From a virus: a stretch of DNA of 46,767 bases. Below the pieces are notes generated by a model. The model saw only the letters and a program-made list of their open reading frames with translations, was not told the DNA's origin and made no database searches. Positions 35,635-44,889 of the stretch are shown here, in pieces. The first letter of the stretch is position 1. Every line of letters begins with the position of its first letter. The translations under genes were made by a program, and so were the position numbers. Location: IMG/VR virus record IMGVR_UViG_2751185817_000001, one strand, 5' to 3'.

Positions 35635-35982
35635 ATGCTGCAGAAGTTCAAGGGTCAGGTTATTACAGCCGGCTACGACTGGGCGATCCAGTTGGGTTTC
35701 GACAAATCGCCGATCACCTTTCCGGCCAATGCGACCTTCACTGCGCATGTGAGGCGTGACCCTAACGCTGAGGATATTCTGGCGACGCTCACCACGGCGA
35801 ACGGCAGCATCACGCGTATCTCCGAAAAGATCCTGCAACTGCGCCTGCCTGGCTCGATGAGCATCGGCTGGCCCGAGCGAACGGCTTACATCGACATGGT
35901 GCGCACAGATAGCGGCCTGAAGCAGCACCTCGGCTTCATGCTGACCGTCCCTGTCCGTCGCGCGATCACGCGGGGTATCTAA
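35635..35982 (+). CDS. small Ig-like/BppU-N-like fibre anchor protein (putative)
   Basis: Beta-rich 115 aa preceding the tail fibre (AHVRR...LATLTTANG.I...ITR). Confidence 0.55.
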   Translation: MLQKFKGQVITAGYDWAIQLGFDKSPITFPANATFTAHVRRDPNAEDILATLTTANGSITRISEKILQLRLPGSMSIGWPERTAYIDMVRTDSGLKQHLGFMLTVPVRRAITRGI

Positions 35983-35985
35983 TCC

Positions 35986-38900
35986 ATGGATAAGATCCTC
36001 ATCGAAGCTGGCGACGTTCAGGTTGAGTTTCCGACCGTCACCGAAATTCTGCAGGTCGAGTCCGACCAGGGCGTTATCGAGATCTATTCCGGCGATGACG
36101 TCGGTGTGGAGCTCGTCGCATCTGCTGTTGGTCCGAAGGGTGATAAGGGTGATACCGGCGATGTTACGCCGGAGTTGAACCAGGCCAAGCTCGACGCTCA
36201 GGCTGCCGCGGCTGATGCGAACGCGTCTCGAGGCATCGCCGTTGCTTCGGCGGGTGTAGCGACGACCAAGGCCGGCGAGGCTTCGACGTCTGCGACAAGC
36301 GCGAACGCCTCGAAGATCGCTGCTGCGACCTCTGAGACCAACGCGAACACCTCCAAGAACGCTGCTGCGGCCTCTGCCGCTGCCGCCCTGGCTTCGGAGA
36401 ACAGCGCCAAGACCTCTGAAACGAACGCCAAGGCGTCCGAGACCAATGCGGCGACCTCTGAAGCAAACGCGCTTGCATACCGCAACACCGCCTCGACGCA
36501 CGCGACAACTGCGACCACGAAGGCTGGCGAAGCTGCGGCCTCGCAGACGGCTGCCGCTGGATCCGAAACTGCCGCTTCCGGTAGCGCCGCTGGTGCCCTT
36601 GCTTCCAAGAATGCCGCTGCAATCTCGGCCCAGGAGGCGCTCGACCATCGCAATGCGGCCCAGTCGAGCGCGACTGCCGCAGGTGCGGCCGAGGTGGCTG
36701 CCGTTACCGCAAAGACCGCTGCTGAGACGGCCCAGACTGCAGCTCAGAACGCAAAGACCGGCGCCGACGCTGCGCGCGATGCGGCAGCTATGGCTGAGGC
36801 TGGTGCGCAGACTGCGCAGGCTATCACCGAAGCTGCGCGCGATGTGGCAATCCTTGCTCGCGACGACGCTGAGACGGCGAAGACCGGCTCTGAAACCGCA
36901 CGCGATGCAGCCCAGGCTTGGGCCGCTGCTGCGGCTGCGTCTGCTGCCGAGGCTGATCAGTTCGAGCCTGGCAACTACGTCCTCAAGGCCGCAAATGGCG
37001 CGGACTTCGCTGATCCCGCCCTTGTGCGCACCAACATCGGTGCCCAGGTAGCGCTTCAGACGATTGACCGGGTCGAAGCGGAAGCCGGAGCCTCAACGAC
37101 GGAACGCAACTGGACGGCCGAGCGCGTTCGTCAGGCTGTGGCCGCATATGCGCCGGCGATCGTGCATGGACACATTATCGCTGACGTTGCTGGCCTTCAG
37201 GCCGCATTGAACGAAAAGGCGTCACTCGTTTCGCCGGCCCTCACCGGCGCACCTACGACGCCGACGCCTGCTGCCGGGGATCGCTCGACCAAGATCGCCA
37301 ATACCGAGTATGTTCGCACCGCTCTTGATGAGATGATCGGCGCGGCGCCTGGCACGCTGAACACGCTGCAGGAGATCGCCGACGCTCTGGGTGATGATCC
37401 CAACTTCGCCGCGACTATTACGCAGTCTCTGGCCGGCAAGGCTGATCTCGCGCATACCCATGTCGCGGCCGATATCACCGATCTCGCCGCTCTGCTCAAC
37501 GCAAAGGCAAGTCTTGCTTCGCCTGCCTTGACTGGCAATCCGACGGCTACGACTCAGGCTGCAGCCGACAATTCAACTCGCCTTGCGACCACTGCGCACG
37601 TCAAGGCTGCGATAGCAGCATCCGGCCTCGCCACTGAGGGGCACACCCACGCGATCGCCGATGTCTCTGGTCTCCAGGCTGCGCTCGATGCAAAGGCCTC
37701 TCTGGCCTCTCCTGCGCTGACTGGCACGCCGACCGCGCCGACCGCTGCCCTCTACACCAGCACTGCTCAGATCGCCACGACGGCGTTCGTCCAGAACGGA
37801 CTGAACACGAAAGCTGCCGCTACGCATCTTCACGCTATTGGTGACACCACTGGTCTCCAGGCTGCGCTTAACTCCAAGATGAACGCTGCGGGTGGTGTAT
37901 TCACCGGCTCAGTCGCCGTTGTGAATAGCACCGGGTCCAACGGCTATCTGCAGCTCGTGGCGGGTTCTCTTGCTCGTCCTGGCTTTGTCGAATTTCGCAA
38001 GAACGATGATCTCCGCGCCGGCTACGTCGGTTGGGGAAATGGCACCAACACCATCGATATCTTCGCCGAGGCTGGTTACTCCTACACGTTCAACGTCACG
38101 CCGACGGTTGGCGCAAACGTAGTATGGCACGCCGGCAATGACGGTCCTGGCACTGGCCTGTCGGCTGACCTGCTCGACGATCTTGATAGCACCCAGTTCC
38201 TGCGCTCCGATACCGCGGCGGGCAACAACAACGTTCTCCTTGCCTCGGGGCAGGGGAATGGCGTTCGTTTCTGGAACGGTGACGCTGCCTATTCCGTCTA
38301 TATGTCTTCGCAAGCCGACGCGACCTATGGTGGTCGGCTCGACGGTGCGTCCGACTACAATATGTATTTCCGGATGGGCAACGGCGCGGGTCGCGGTTTC
38401 GTTTTCAAGAACGGAACGACCAATGTCGCGCAGGTTACGGGCGCCGGCGAGATTATGTCTGTCTCGGCCAACAACTACCGTATCAAGTATGGCAACTACG
38501 GTCAGTTCTGGCGTTTTGATGGTGGCACGCTTTACCTGATGTTTACCGCATCAGGCGACCAGGCCGGAGGATACAACGCGCTCCGCCCGTTCATGGTCAA
38601 CGCTGCGAGCGGCACGGTGTCGATGGGGCACGGTCTTTCCGTAACGGGAAATGTTAGCGCCTCTGGCACCGTCTACGCGGGTGCTTCTGGTCGTCTGGCG
38701 GGCGATGGCAACGTCTTTGGCACCCTTTGGGGTGGAACCGGCGACTGGCTGTCGAACTACCTCAATAACCAGTTCGCAAACAAGGTCTCGGTGGGTGGTC
38801 GTGCTTATCCGATCCGCGTCGGTGGTGTTGATTTGAACTTCAACTGGTCCGGCCAGGCCGGTCAGCCGTCGTGGCTCTGGGGCGGTAATGACGGCACCAA

Positions 38901-39240
38901 CATGTATGTCTACAACCCGTCCAACTTCAATGTGAACTGGGCTAACGGAGCAGGAAACGCAGATACAGTTGATGGTTATCATGCCATTGATTTGAGTCAG
39001 ATTTATAAAGGCACCAACGCCAGCGAAACGAACCTCCCAATCGGAACGTATGTCACATGCTATGGTGTTACAGGCATTCTCCATCAGACATATGTGATCC
39101 GTCTCGCCGGTCCCACTGCTGCACACTATGTCAACGATGGTTGGGGCAGCGGCGCGGTATTGGCGGGCACATGGCGTCATCGTGGATACGTTAGTTGGGA
39201 CGGCAGTTATCAGACCGCACTATATCAGAGAGTAGCATAA
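35986..39240 (+). CDS. side tail fibre protein
   Basis: GPKGDKGDTG collagen-like triplets, Ala-rich SETNA repeats, HxH...KA.LASPALTG.PT repeats, VWHAGN, ADLLD and NADTVDG fibre motifs. Confidence 0.9.
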   Translation: MDKILIEAGDVQVEFPTVTEILQVESDQGVIEIYSGDDVGVELVASAVGPKGDKGDTGDVTPELNQAKLDAQAAAADANASRGIAVASAGVATTKAGEASTSATSANASKIAAATSETNANTSKNAAAASAAAALASENSAKTSETNAKASETNAATSEANALAYRNTASTHATTATTKAGEAAASQTAAAGSETAASGSAAGALASKNAAAISAQEALDHRNAAQSSATAAGAAEVAAVTAKTAAETAQTAAQNAKTGADAARDAAAMAEAGAQTAQAITEAARDVAILARDDAETAKTGSETARDAAQAWAAAAAASAAEADQFEPGNYVLKAANGADFADPALVRTNIGAQVALQTIDRVEAEAGASTTERNWTAERVRQAVAAYAPAIVHGHIIADVAGLQAALNEKASLVSPALTGAPTTPTPAAGDRSTKIANTEYVRTALDEMIGAAPGTLNTLQEIADALGDDPNFAATITQSLAGKADLAHTHVAADITDLAALLNAKASLASPALTGNPTATTQAAADNSTRLATTAHVKAAIAASGLATEGHTHAIADVSGLQAALDAKASLASPALTGTPTAPTAALYTSTAQIATTAFVQNGLNTKAAATHLHAIGDTTGLQAALNSKMNAAGGVFTGSVAVVNSTGSNGYLQLVAGSLARPGFVEFRKNDDLRAGYVGWGNGTNTIDIFAEAGYSYTFNVTPTVGANVVWHAGNDGPGTGLSADLLDDLDSTQFLRSDTAAGNNNVLLASGQGNGVRFWNGDAAYSVYMSSQADATYGGRLDGASDYNMYFRMGNGAGRGFVFKNGTTNVAQVTGAGEIMSVSANNYRIKYGNYGQFWRFDGGTLYLMFTASGDQAGGYNALRPFMVNAASGTVSMGHGLSVTGNVSASGTVYAGASGRLAGDGNVFGTLWGGTGDWLSNYLNNQFANKVSVGGRAYPIRVGGVDLNFNWSGQAGQPSWLWGGNDGTNMYVYNPSNFNVNWANGAGNADTVDGYHAIDLSQIYKGTNASETNLPIGTYVTCYGVTGILHQTYVIRLAGPTAAHYVNDGWGSGAVLAGTWRHRGYVSWDGSYQTALYQRVA

Positions 39241-39241
39241 T

Positions 39242-39730
39242 ATGTTTATAATCAATTCGGTAACAAAAATCACTCGTGATATTGATGGGGAAGCCCTCAT
39301 CATTGAATGCAACGTCTCCAATCCTTCAGGCGATGATACGTTCGACGCTAAACATGCATACCGGGAAAGCGACCCCCACGGCTTGAGCCCGGTCATTAAG
39401 CAATGGCTTATTGATCACCCGGACTTTCCGATCGATCCATACGTTCCCCTTACTCCACCTACGCCGGAGGAAATTCGGAGCGCAATGCCGTCGTTGTCCT
39501 CTCGTCAGTTTTGGCTGGCAGCGCTCGAGATCGGCATCACCAAGGCGATCGTGCAGGACAAGATCCGGTCGCTCGGCATGGCGCCGCTGGATGAGGCGCG
39601 CATGATCACCGAGCTGATCGAGGCGACCACGTTTGAGCGCACCAATCCGTTCCTCGCCGAGTTGACCGGTCTCTTTAGTCTTCCGCCTGCCGATCTGGAT
39701 ATTCTCTGGACCTGGGCGAGCGCCCTCTAA
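39242..39730 (+). CDS. tail fibre assembly/chaperone-like protein
   Basis: Directly after the fibre; D.HG, PYVP..P.PEE, LS.RQF.LA, A..FER..P and LD.LW..A motifs. Confidence 0.7.
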   Translation: MFIINSVTKITRDIDGEALIIECNVSNPSGDDTFDAKHAYRESDPHGLSPVIKQWLIDHPDFPIDPYVPLTPPTPEEIRSAMPSLSSRQFWLAALEIGITKAIVQDKIRSLGMAPLDEARMITELIEATTFERTNPFLAELTGLFSLPPADLDILWTWASAL

Positions 39731-39738
39731 GTCATCCC

Positions 39739-39771
39739 ATTGAGAGCGGAATAATGCACTCCGCTCTCAAT
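39739..39771 (+). terminator. stem-loop after fibre operon
   Basis: ATTGAGAGCGGA-9nt-TCCGCTCTCAAT; no strong U tract. Confidence 0.55.
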
Positions 39772-39806
39772 CAATATTTACTTACCGATGCCGTATCGCG
39801 TAAACT
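39767..39806 (+). promoter_or_regulatory. operator over -35 of phoH promoter
   Basis: TCAATCAATATTTACTTA at 39767-39784; TTTACT-18bp-TAAACT. Confidence 0.65.
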
Positions 39807-39835
39807 GATGTCATCCAGACGCATCGGAGTAACCA

Positions 39836-40690
39836 ATGTCCCAGGCTCGCCGCTCTTCCAAGTCCTCGAATAGACAGGAGCGCCGCGGCGCCTCTGTGAA
39901 GCCCACCAAGCACGTTAATCTGCTCGCAGCCGTCGTCGAGGAGCAGGCCAATCGCCGCAAGCCTTCGCGCACCAAGAAGAAGGAAGGCCTGGCCGAGGCG
40001 AAGAATAATGGTCAGCGCCGCTACGACGCGGCCATCAAGTCCTCCGACATCGTCTTTGGGACCGGCCCGGCCGGCACAGGTAAGACCTGGTTCGCTATCC
40101 AGCGCGCTGCCGAGGCTCTCGAGGCCGGCGTCATCGACAAGATCTATGTCACCCGCCCGAACGTCGAGGTTGAGCGCTCATTCGGCTTCCTGACCGGCGA
40201 CCTCATGGAGAAGTTCAGACCCTACCTGGTCCCGCTCGAGGAGGCATTCCACGACGCTTTCGGCCAAGCCAAATATGAGTATCTCGTCCAGGCTGAGATT
40301 ATCGTTCCGGTGCCCCTGGCCTTTATGCGTGGCCGCACGCTGAAGAAGGCCTGGGTAATCTTCGATGAAATGCAAAACGCGACCGACACAGAGTTCAAGA
40401 TGGCTCTGACGCGCATCGGCGAGGGCGCCAAGTTCATCATCAACGGCGACCTGAAGCAGATCGACCGCGGAATCAGCTCCGGTATGCCGAGGGCGATCAA
40501 GCTTCTGCGTCGGCTGCCGGAAGTCAGCGTGGTCGAGTTCGGCCGCGAAGACATCGTTCGGCACGGTCTCATTCAGAAAATTGTCGAATTGTATGAAGAC
40601 CAAGACTTTTCTGACTATTCAGTGAGCAACGACGAAGAAGCTCATGATGGACTGAAGAGATTCCTTAATGCAGATGCGACCACCGATTGA
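39836..40690 (+). CDS. phoH: PhoH family ATPase
   Basis: GPAGTGKT, FMRGRT, DEMQN, TRIGEG, GDLKQID and DIVRH motifs. Confidence 0.93.
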   Translation: MSQARRSSKSSNRQERRGASVKPTKHVNLLAAVVEEQANRRKPSRTKKKEGLAEAKNNGQRRYDAAIKSSDIVFGTGPAGTGKTWFAIQRAAEALEAGVIDKIYVTRPNVEVERSFGFLTGDLMEKFRPYLVPLEEAFHDAFGQAKYEYLVQAEIIVPVPLAFMRGRTLKKAWVIFDEMQNATDTEFKMALTRIGEGAKFIINGDLKQIDRGISSGMPRAIKLLRRLPEVSVVEFGREDIVRHGLIQKIVELYEDQDFSDYSVSNDEEAHDGLKRFLNADATTD

Positions 40691-41387
40691 CGACATGCCG
40701 CGACCAGATCCGATTGAAGACGATCTGGTCGCCTTCCGCTTCATCGATAAGAAGCTCCTGGCGATCGACTCGGAGCTTTATCGTTCCAAGTGGTTCGATT
40801 ACCGGATGATGACGCCGCTTCAGGCGACCCGTCACTACATCGAGGCCTTCGGCGAGGTCTACCGGCAGTATTTCGCCACCGAGTTTTCCAAGAAGGCCTC
40901 GGCCTTTATCAAGGTGCCGTCGATCGATGAAATCTTCTCGGGCCTCGCGGTGCTCAACGAGAAGCATATGGTCCAGTTCTCCGGTATGTGGCGTGGCCGG
41001 CAGGTCGCAGATGCGATTGGCATGCCCTACAAGGAATACATTCACACGGTCATGGGCTTGCGTCTGCGCTTTTGGGGGCAGAACCACCTGCCGCAGGCTC
41101 AACACCTCTACAAGGCCGAGGACGTCGAGAAGACGGTCGAAAAGTGGGAGGAGATGCAGGCAGCGCGCCTCTATCTGTCGGACAATCCCGCATACATGAT
41201 CGAGAACTACGACGACATCGCCCATCAGAACGACTACCACGAATGGCTGTTCAAGCAGGCTTCTCTGCGTGGCAATCCCTGGTATGCGCTGGCGCAGTTC
41301 ATCAATCAGAACCGCTTGCCCCTTGATAAGGTCGAGGCCCGCTTCGATCCTGAACTGGTCGAGCGCGTTCATCGACATATCCATTAG
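40668..41387 (+). CDS. conserved hypothetical protein upstream of helicase
   Basis: KWFDYR...AT motif; position before the DnaB-like gene (possible loader, inference). Confidence 0.7.
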   Translation: MQMRPPIDDMPRPDPIEDDLVAFRFIDKKLLAIDSELYRSKWFDYRMMTPLQATRHYIEAFGEVYRQYFATEFSKKASAFIKVPSIDEIFSGLAVLNEKHMVQFSGMWRGRQVADAIGMPYKEYIHTVMGLRLRFWGQNHLPQAQHLYKAEDVEKTVEKWEEMQAARLYLSDNPAYMIENYDDIAHQNDYHEWLFKQASLRGNPWYALAQFINQNRLPLDKVEARFDPELVERVHRHIH

Positions 41388-41470
41388 CAACCCGCTGATA
41401 AAGCGCTATTTTCTGTTAAGCAAGTGAAGCTCGACAGAGATCAATAGCGCTATTTTTCGCTCTATAGCGA

Positions 41471-41488
41471 TCAGTAAATATTGATTGA
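41471..41488. promoter_or_regulatory. operator copy before helicase
   Basis: TCAGTAAATATTGATTGA (reverse orientation). Confidence 0.7.
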
Positions 41489-41505
41489 CTTCGAAAGGTA
41501 GACGA

Positions 41506-42873
41506 ATGTCCCAGGTAGCAGCAGCGACAACCGAGGAACACGATGAAGACGTCGCCGGTCAGGAAGCAGCGAAGTGGGAGTTCGATGACGGCTTCCAGGC
41601 AAAGACCCTCGCGCTGTTCATGCGCGATACGCAGTTCGCCAATCGCACCAAGGATCTGATCGACCCGGCATATTTCGCCAACGACGCGCACGGTCAGCTC
41701 ATCAGCATCATCAAGGGTCATCTGCAGGTGCATAAGGCTGTGCCTGATTTGCGCATCCTCACTCAGCTCATCAAGGATGAGAAAGCAAAGAAGCGCATCC
41801 GCGACGACCAGCTCGGCGAGATCAAGACCGCAATCAAGGACGCGGTGCGCACGGATCTCTCCAACGCCTCCTACGTCATGAACAAGGTCGCTGACTTCGC
41901 CAAGTATCAGGCGATGGAGCAGGCGATCCTGAAGAGCGTTGAGCTTCTTCAGCGCGGCGACTTCGCGGGTATCGAGAAGCTTCAGAAAGCGGCGCTCTCG
42001 GTCGGCTTGCAGGACGATGAAGGAGACTATCACTACTTCAAGGAGATCGAGCAGCGCACCCAGGTTCGCGAGGACTGGAAGGCCGGCAAGATCCTCAAGC
42101 GCGGTATCTCGACCGGCTATGCCGAGATCGACGCCAACCTCTATCACGCTGGCTGGGGTCGGCGCGAACTGTCGCTGATGATGGGCGCTGCGAAGGCCGG
42201 CAAGTCCCTCTCGCTTGGCGAGTTCACCAAGAACGCATCGCTCCTGGGCTTCAACACCGCCTATCTGTCGTGCGAAGTGGCAAAGGGCATCATTGCCGAT
42301 CGTCTCGACGCCAACCTCTCAGATACGGCTATGCGGCTCCTGAAGGACGATCCGCAGACCGTCAAGGCGAAGATCCAAGCGGCCGAGAAGAACGCCGGCC
42401 ATCTGATCATTCGCGACTTCGCATCTGGCACGCTTCAGCCGAGCCGCGTCGATACCATCCTCGAGAAGTGGCGCTCTGAGGGCATCGTTCTCGATATGCT
42501 GGCGATCGACTACGCGGACATCATGGCCGCGAACTATCGTTCGGACAACATGATCGACAACCTGCGCTCGATCTACATCGACATTCGCGCGATCGCCTAC
42601 AAGCACGACCTGGCACTTCTGTCGGCCACCCAGACGAACCGCTCCGGTGCAGCCGCCCACACGGCCAAGATGACCGACGTCGCTGAAGACTTCAACAAGA
42701 TCCGAACTGCCGACGTCGTGATTGGCATCAATGCGACTGAGGCTGAGAAGCAGTCTGGCGAGGCCCGTCTGCACTGGGTCGCATCGCGTAACTCGGAAGA
42801 CGGCATGACGCTGTTGATCCGCCAGGACAGAGAAAAGCTGAAGTTCCTGACGAAGGTTATGGGGCGCGTATGA
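41506..42873 (+). CDS. dnaB: replicative DNA helicase (DnaB/gp41-like)
   Basis: GAAKAGKS Walker A; YLSCE, IDYAD and ATQTNR motifs; start ATG 41506 after AAGG. Confidence 0.9.
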   Translation: MSQVAAATTEEHDEDVAGQEAAKWEFDDGFQAKTLALFMRDTQFANRTKDLIDPAYFANDAHGQLISIIKGHLQVHKAVPDLRILTQLIKDEKAKKRIRDDQLGEIKTAIKDAVRTDLSNASYVMNKVADFAKYQAMEQAILKSVELLQRGDFAGIEKLQKAALSVGLQDDEGDYHYFKEIEQRTQVREDWKAGKILKRGISTGYAEIDANLYHAGWGRRELSLMMGAAKAGKSLSLGEFTKNASLLGFNTAYLSCEVAKGIIADRLDANLSDTAMRLLKDDPQTVKAKIQAAEKNAGHLIIRDFASGTLQPSRVDTILEKWRSEGIVLDMLAIDYADIMAANYRSDNMIDNLRSIYIDIRAIAYKHDLALLSATQTNRSGAAAHTAKMTDVAEDFNKIRTADVVIGINATEAEKQSGEARLHWVASRNSEDGMTLLIRQDREKLKFLTKVMGRV

Positions 42874-44003
42874 GCGACAACATTTTCCAGGAGATCACAG
42901 AGAACCTCGATCTCGAGTTCTTCTTCGACCGCGAGAGCCTGCCCTACAAAATGGGGCGCGGCTCGTCCGGTATGCAGATCAACGCGAAATACTGCCCGGA
43001 CTGCGGCGATGGCCGATCGCGCGTCTACCTCAATGCAGATACGGGGCAGGGGAACTGCTTCGTCTGCAACCAGACTTTCAATAAGGCCAAGTTCGTCAAG
43101 CTGCATTACGGCTATGAGAGTTGGAAGCAGGTCGTCGATACGTGCAAGGAGATCATGCGTGAGCAGGGCTGGCGCCCGAAGCGCATGGCGACGGTCGCAG
43201 TCGATCACGGCGAAGTCCGGCTGCCCTATTCGGATCCAATGCCCACGCCAGACGGCGAGAACCTCGTCTATCTCGAGCAGCGCGGTATCACCGGTGAATA
43301 CGCCCAGTATTTCGGCCTGCGCTACTGCCAGTTCGGCTCCTGGCCGTTCCGCGATGAGCAGAATGTGCTGCAGCAGCAGTGGTTCTCCAATCGCGTCATC
43401 ATCCCGGTCTATGACCTCGACGGCACGCTCAAGACGTTCCAGGGGCGCGATCTGACGACCGGCGAGGCCGCAAAGCTTGTCGAGTGCAAATACCTCTTTC
43501 CGAAGGGTCTACCAGGAACCGGCAAGTTCCTCCTTAACGGTCACAACGTCCAGCTCACAGACGAAGTCTGCATGGGTGAGGGCTTCTTCGACGTCGCTGC
43601 GATCAAGATCGCCTTTGACGAAGACGTGGACCTCCGGCGTGTCGTCGCTGTCGGTTCGTTCGGCAAGCATCTCTCCTATGGCTCGTCCACCGGCGATGAC
43701 CAGCTCGGCCGCTTTCTGCAATTGAAGCGCCAGGGCATCAAGATGGTTACGATCATGTGGGACGGTGAGCCGAAGGCGCTCATTGCGGCGCTCGATGCTG
43801 CCAAGCTCCTCACATCGATCGGGCTCAAGGTGCGCATCGCACTGCTGCCATACGAGAAAGATCCGAACGAAGTCATCGCTGAGGTCGTGCGCAAGGCCTA
43901 CTACGCGGCGACGCTCTGGACGCCGGCAATCGACGTCAAATGGCGCCTGCGCAACCCTTACGCTGCTGACGAAGCGAAAAAGAAAGCTTCAAAGGGTTCT
44001 TGA
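42870..44003 (+). CDS. DNA primase (zinc finger + TOPRIM)
   Basis: CPDC...CFVC zinc finger; RVIIPV...FQGR; EGFFD, WDGE and KDPNE. Confidence 0.88.
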   Translation: MSDNIFQEITENLDLEFFFDRESLPYKMGRGSSGMQINAKYCPDCGDGRSRVYLNADTGQGNCFVCNQTFNKAKFVKLHYGYESWKQVVDTCKEIMREQGWRPKRMATVAVDHGEVRLPYSDPMPTPDGENLVYLEQRGITGEYAQYFGLRYCQFGSWPFRDEQNVLQQQWFSNRVIIPVYDLDGTLKTFQGRDLTTGEAAKLVECKYLFPKGLPGTGKFLLNGHNVQLTDEVCMGEGFFDVAAIKIAFDEDVDLRRVVAVGSFGKHLSYGSSTGDDQLGRFLQLKRQGIKMVTIMWDGEPKALIAALDAAKLLTSIGLKVRIALLPYEKDPNEVIAEVVRKAYYAATLWTPAIDVKWRLRNPYAADEAKKKASKGS

Positions 44004-44029
44004 CGGCTAAATCAATTTTTACTTACAAC
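44000..44029 (+). promoter_or_regulatory. promoter with operator in spacer
   Basis: TTGACG-18bp-TACAAC; TAAATCAATTTTTACTTA at 44008-44025. Confidence 0.7.
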
Positions 44030-44080
44030 CCAGACGCAGACACGCTATCAAGATAGCACGACAACGAAGCGAGAGACGCA

Positions 44081-44623
44081 ATGAGTTACCCACTCGATAT
44101 CGCTGTGCAGAAATTTGCATTCTCTGACGGCAACCGATCCAACAAGTTCTACGACGTTTACCTGATGGTGAACACGCACGGTATGGCGATCATCGTTCGC
44201 CATTGGGGCAAGAAGGGCACATCTGGCGATCTGAAGGTTGAGCAGTTCGCGATCCAGAAGAAAGCCGAATCCGAGTTTGAAAAGCTGTGCGACTCCAGGC
44301 GCAGGAAGGCTTACGAGCTGATCAGCTCGAACATCAAGCAGGCCAACACCGACGCCGAAGTTCGCATGGCCGTTGGACCGGCTCTGTGGCCGCGTATACC
44401 GGGCCCGGATATCAAACATGTCCTGCCGCACCTCGACACGACCGGTCGCCCGCAGGAGACCAATCCCGCGCGTTACAACGAGAACGGCAAGTGGATTGGT
44501 GAAGCGCCGGCGCGCGTCTACTCCAAGACGGAGATCGCCAAAGCGCGCCAGGCGGAACGTGAAGCTGAGCAGGTCGAGGCAGTCAAAACCTACGCTGCCA
44601 ACCCGCGTTTCGGCCTGTTCTGA
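44081..44623 (+). CDS. WGR-domain protein
   Basis: SNKFY.V...RHWGKKGTSG...F.....A..EFEKL...R.RKAY matches the WGR consensus. Confidence 0.75.
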   Translation: MSYPLDIAVQKFAFSDGNRSNKFYDVYLMVNTHGMAIIVRHWGKKGTSGDLKVEQFAIQKKAESEFEKLCDSRRRKAYELISSNIKQANTDAEVRMAVGPALWPRIPGPDIKHVLPHLDTTGRPQETNPARYNENGKWIGEAPARVYSKTEIAKARQAEREAEQVEAVKTYAANPRFGLF

Positions 44624-44889
44624 TGGAGACCGTCGACTACGCGCTCGACCTCCTGCGCCGCGTAGAGAGAATGCGCCTTGCTGACTGGGAGAAGGCCAAA
44701 GATGGCCTTGTTGAAGAGGTCATGCAGCGCCCGGATATGCCAGCTCTCTTTGAGGCGTTCACCATGAAGACAACCGCCGAGTGCCGCATACGCGTGGTCA
44801 TCCGGCGAGCCTATCGCAAACGTTTCGGTGTGCACGCGGATATCGCCCACGCCGAAACAACCACGCACCAAAATTACGGGAGATTCTGA
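44623..44889 (+). CDS. hypothetical protein
   Basis: TGATG overlaps at both ends. Confidence 0.65.
   Translation: METVDYALDLLRRVERMRLADWEKAKDGLVEEVMQRPDMPALFEAFTMKTTAECRIRVVIRRAYRKRFGVHADIAHAETTTHQNYGRF

Noticed and set aside
35986-39730. Diversity-generating retroelement or invertible fibre cassette
   Set aside because: No reverse transcriptase, invertase, TR/VR pair or inverted crossover sites seen.
41400-41470. Replication origin with iterons (AGCGCTATTTT twice)
   Set aside because: Only two short repeats and no initiator gene adjacent; insufficient support.
1024-44025. CRISPR array or REP/MITE interpretation of the 18-bp repeats
   Set aside because: The copies are dispersed singly or in pairs at promoters, with no regular spacers, cas genes or target duplications.
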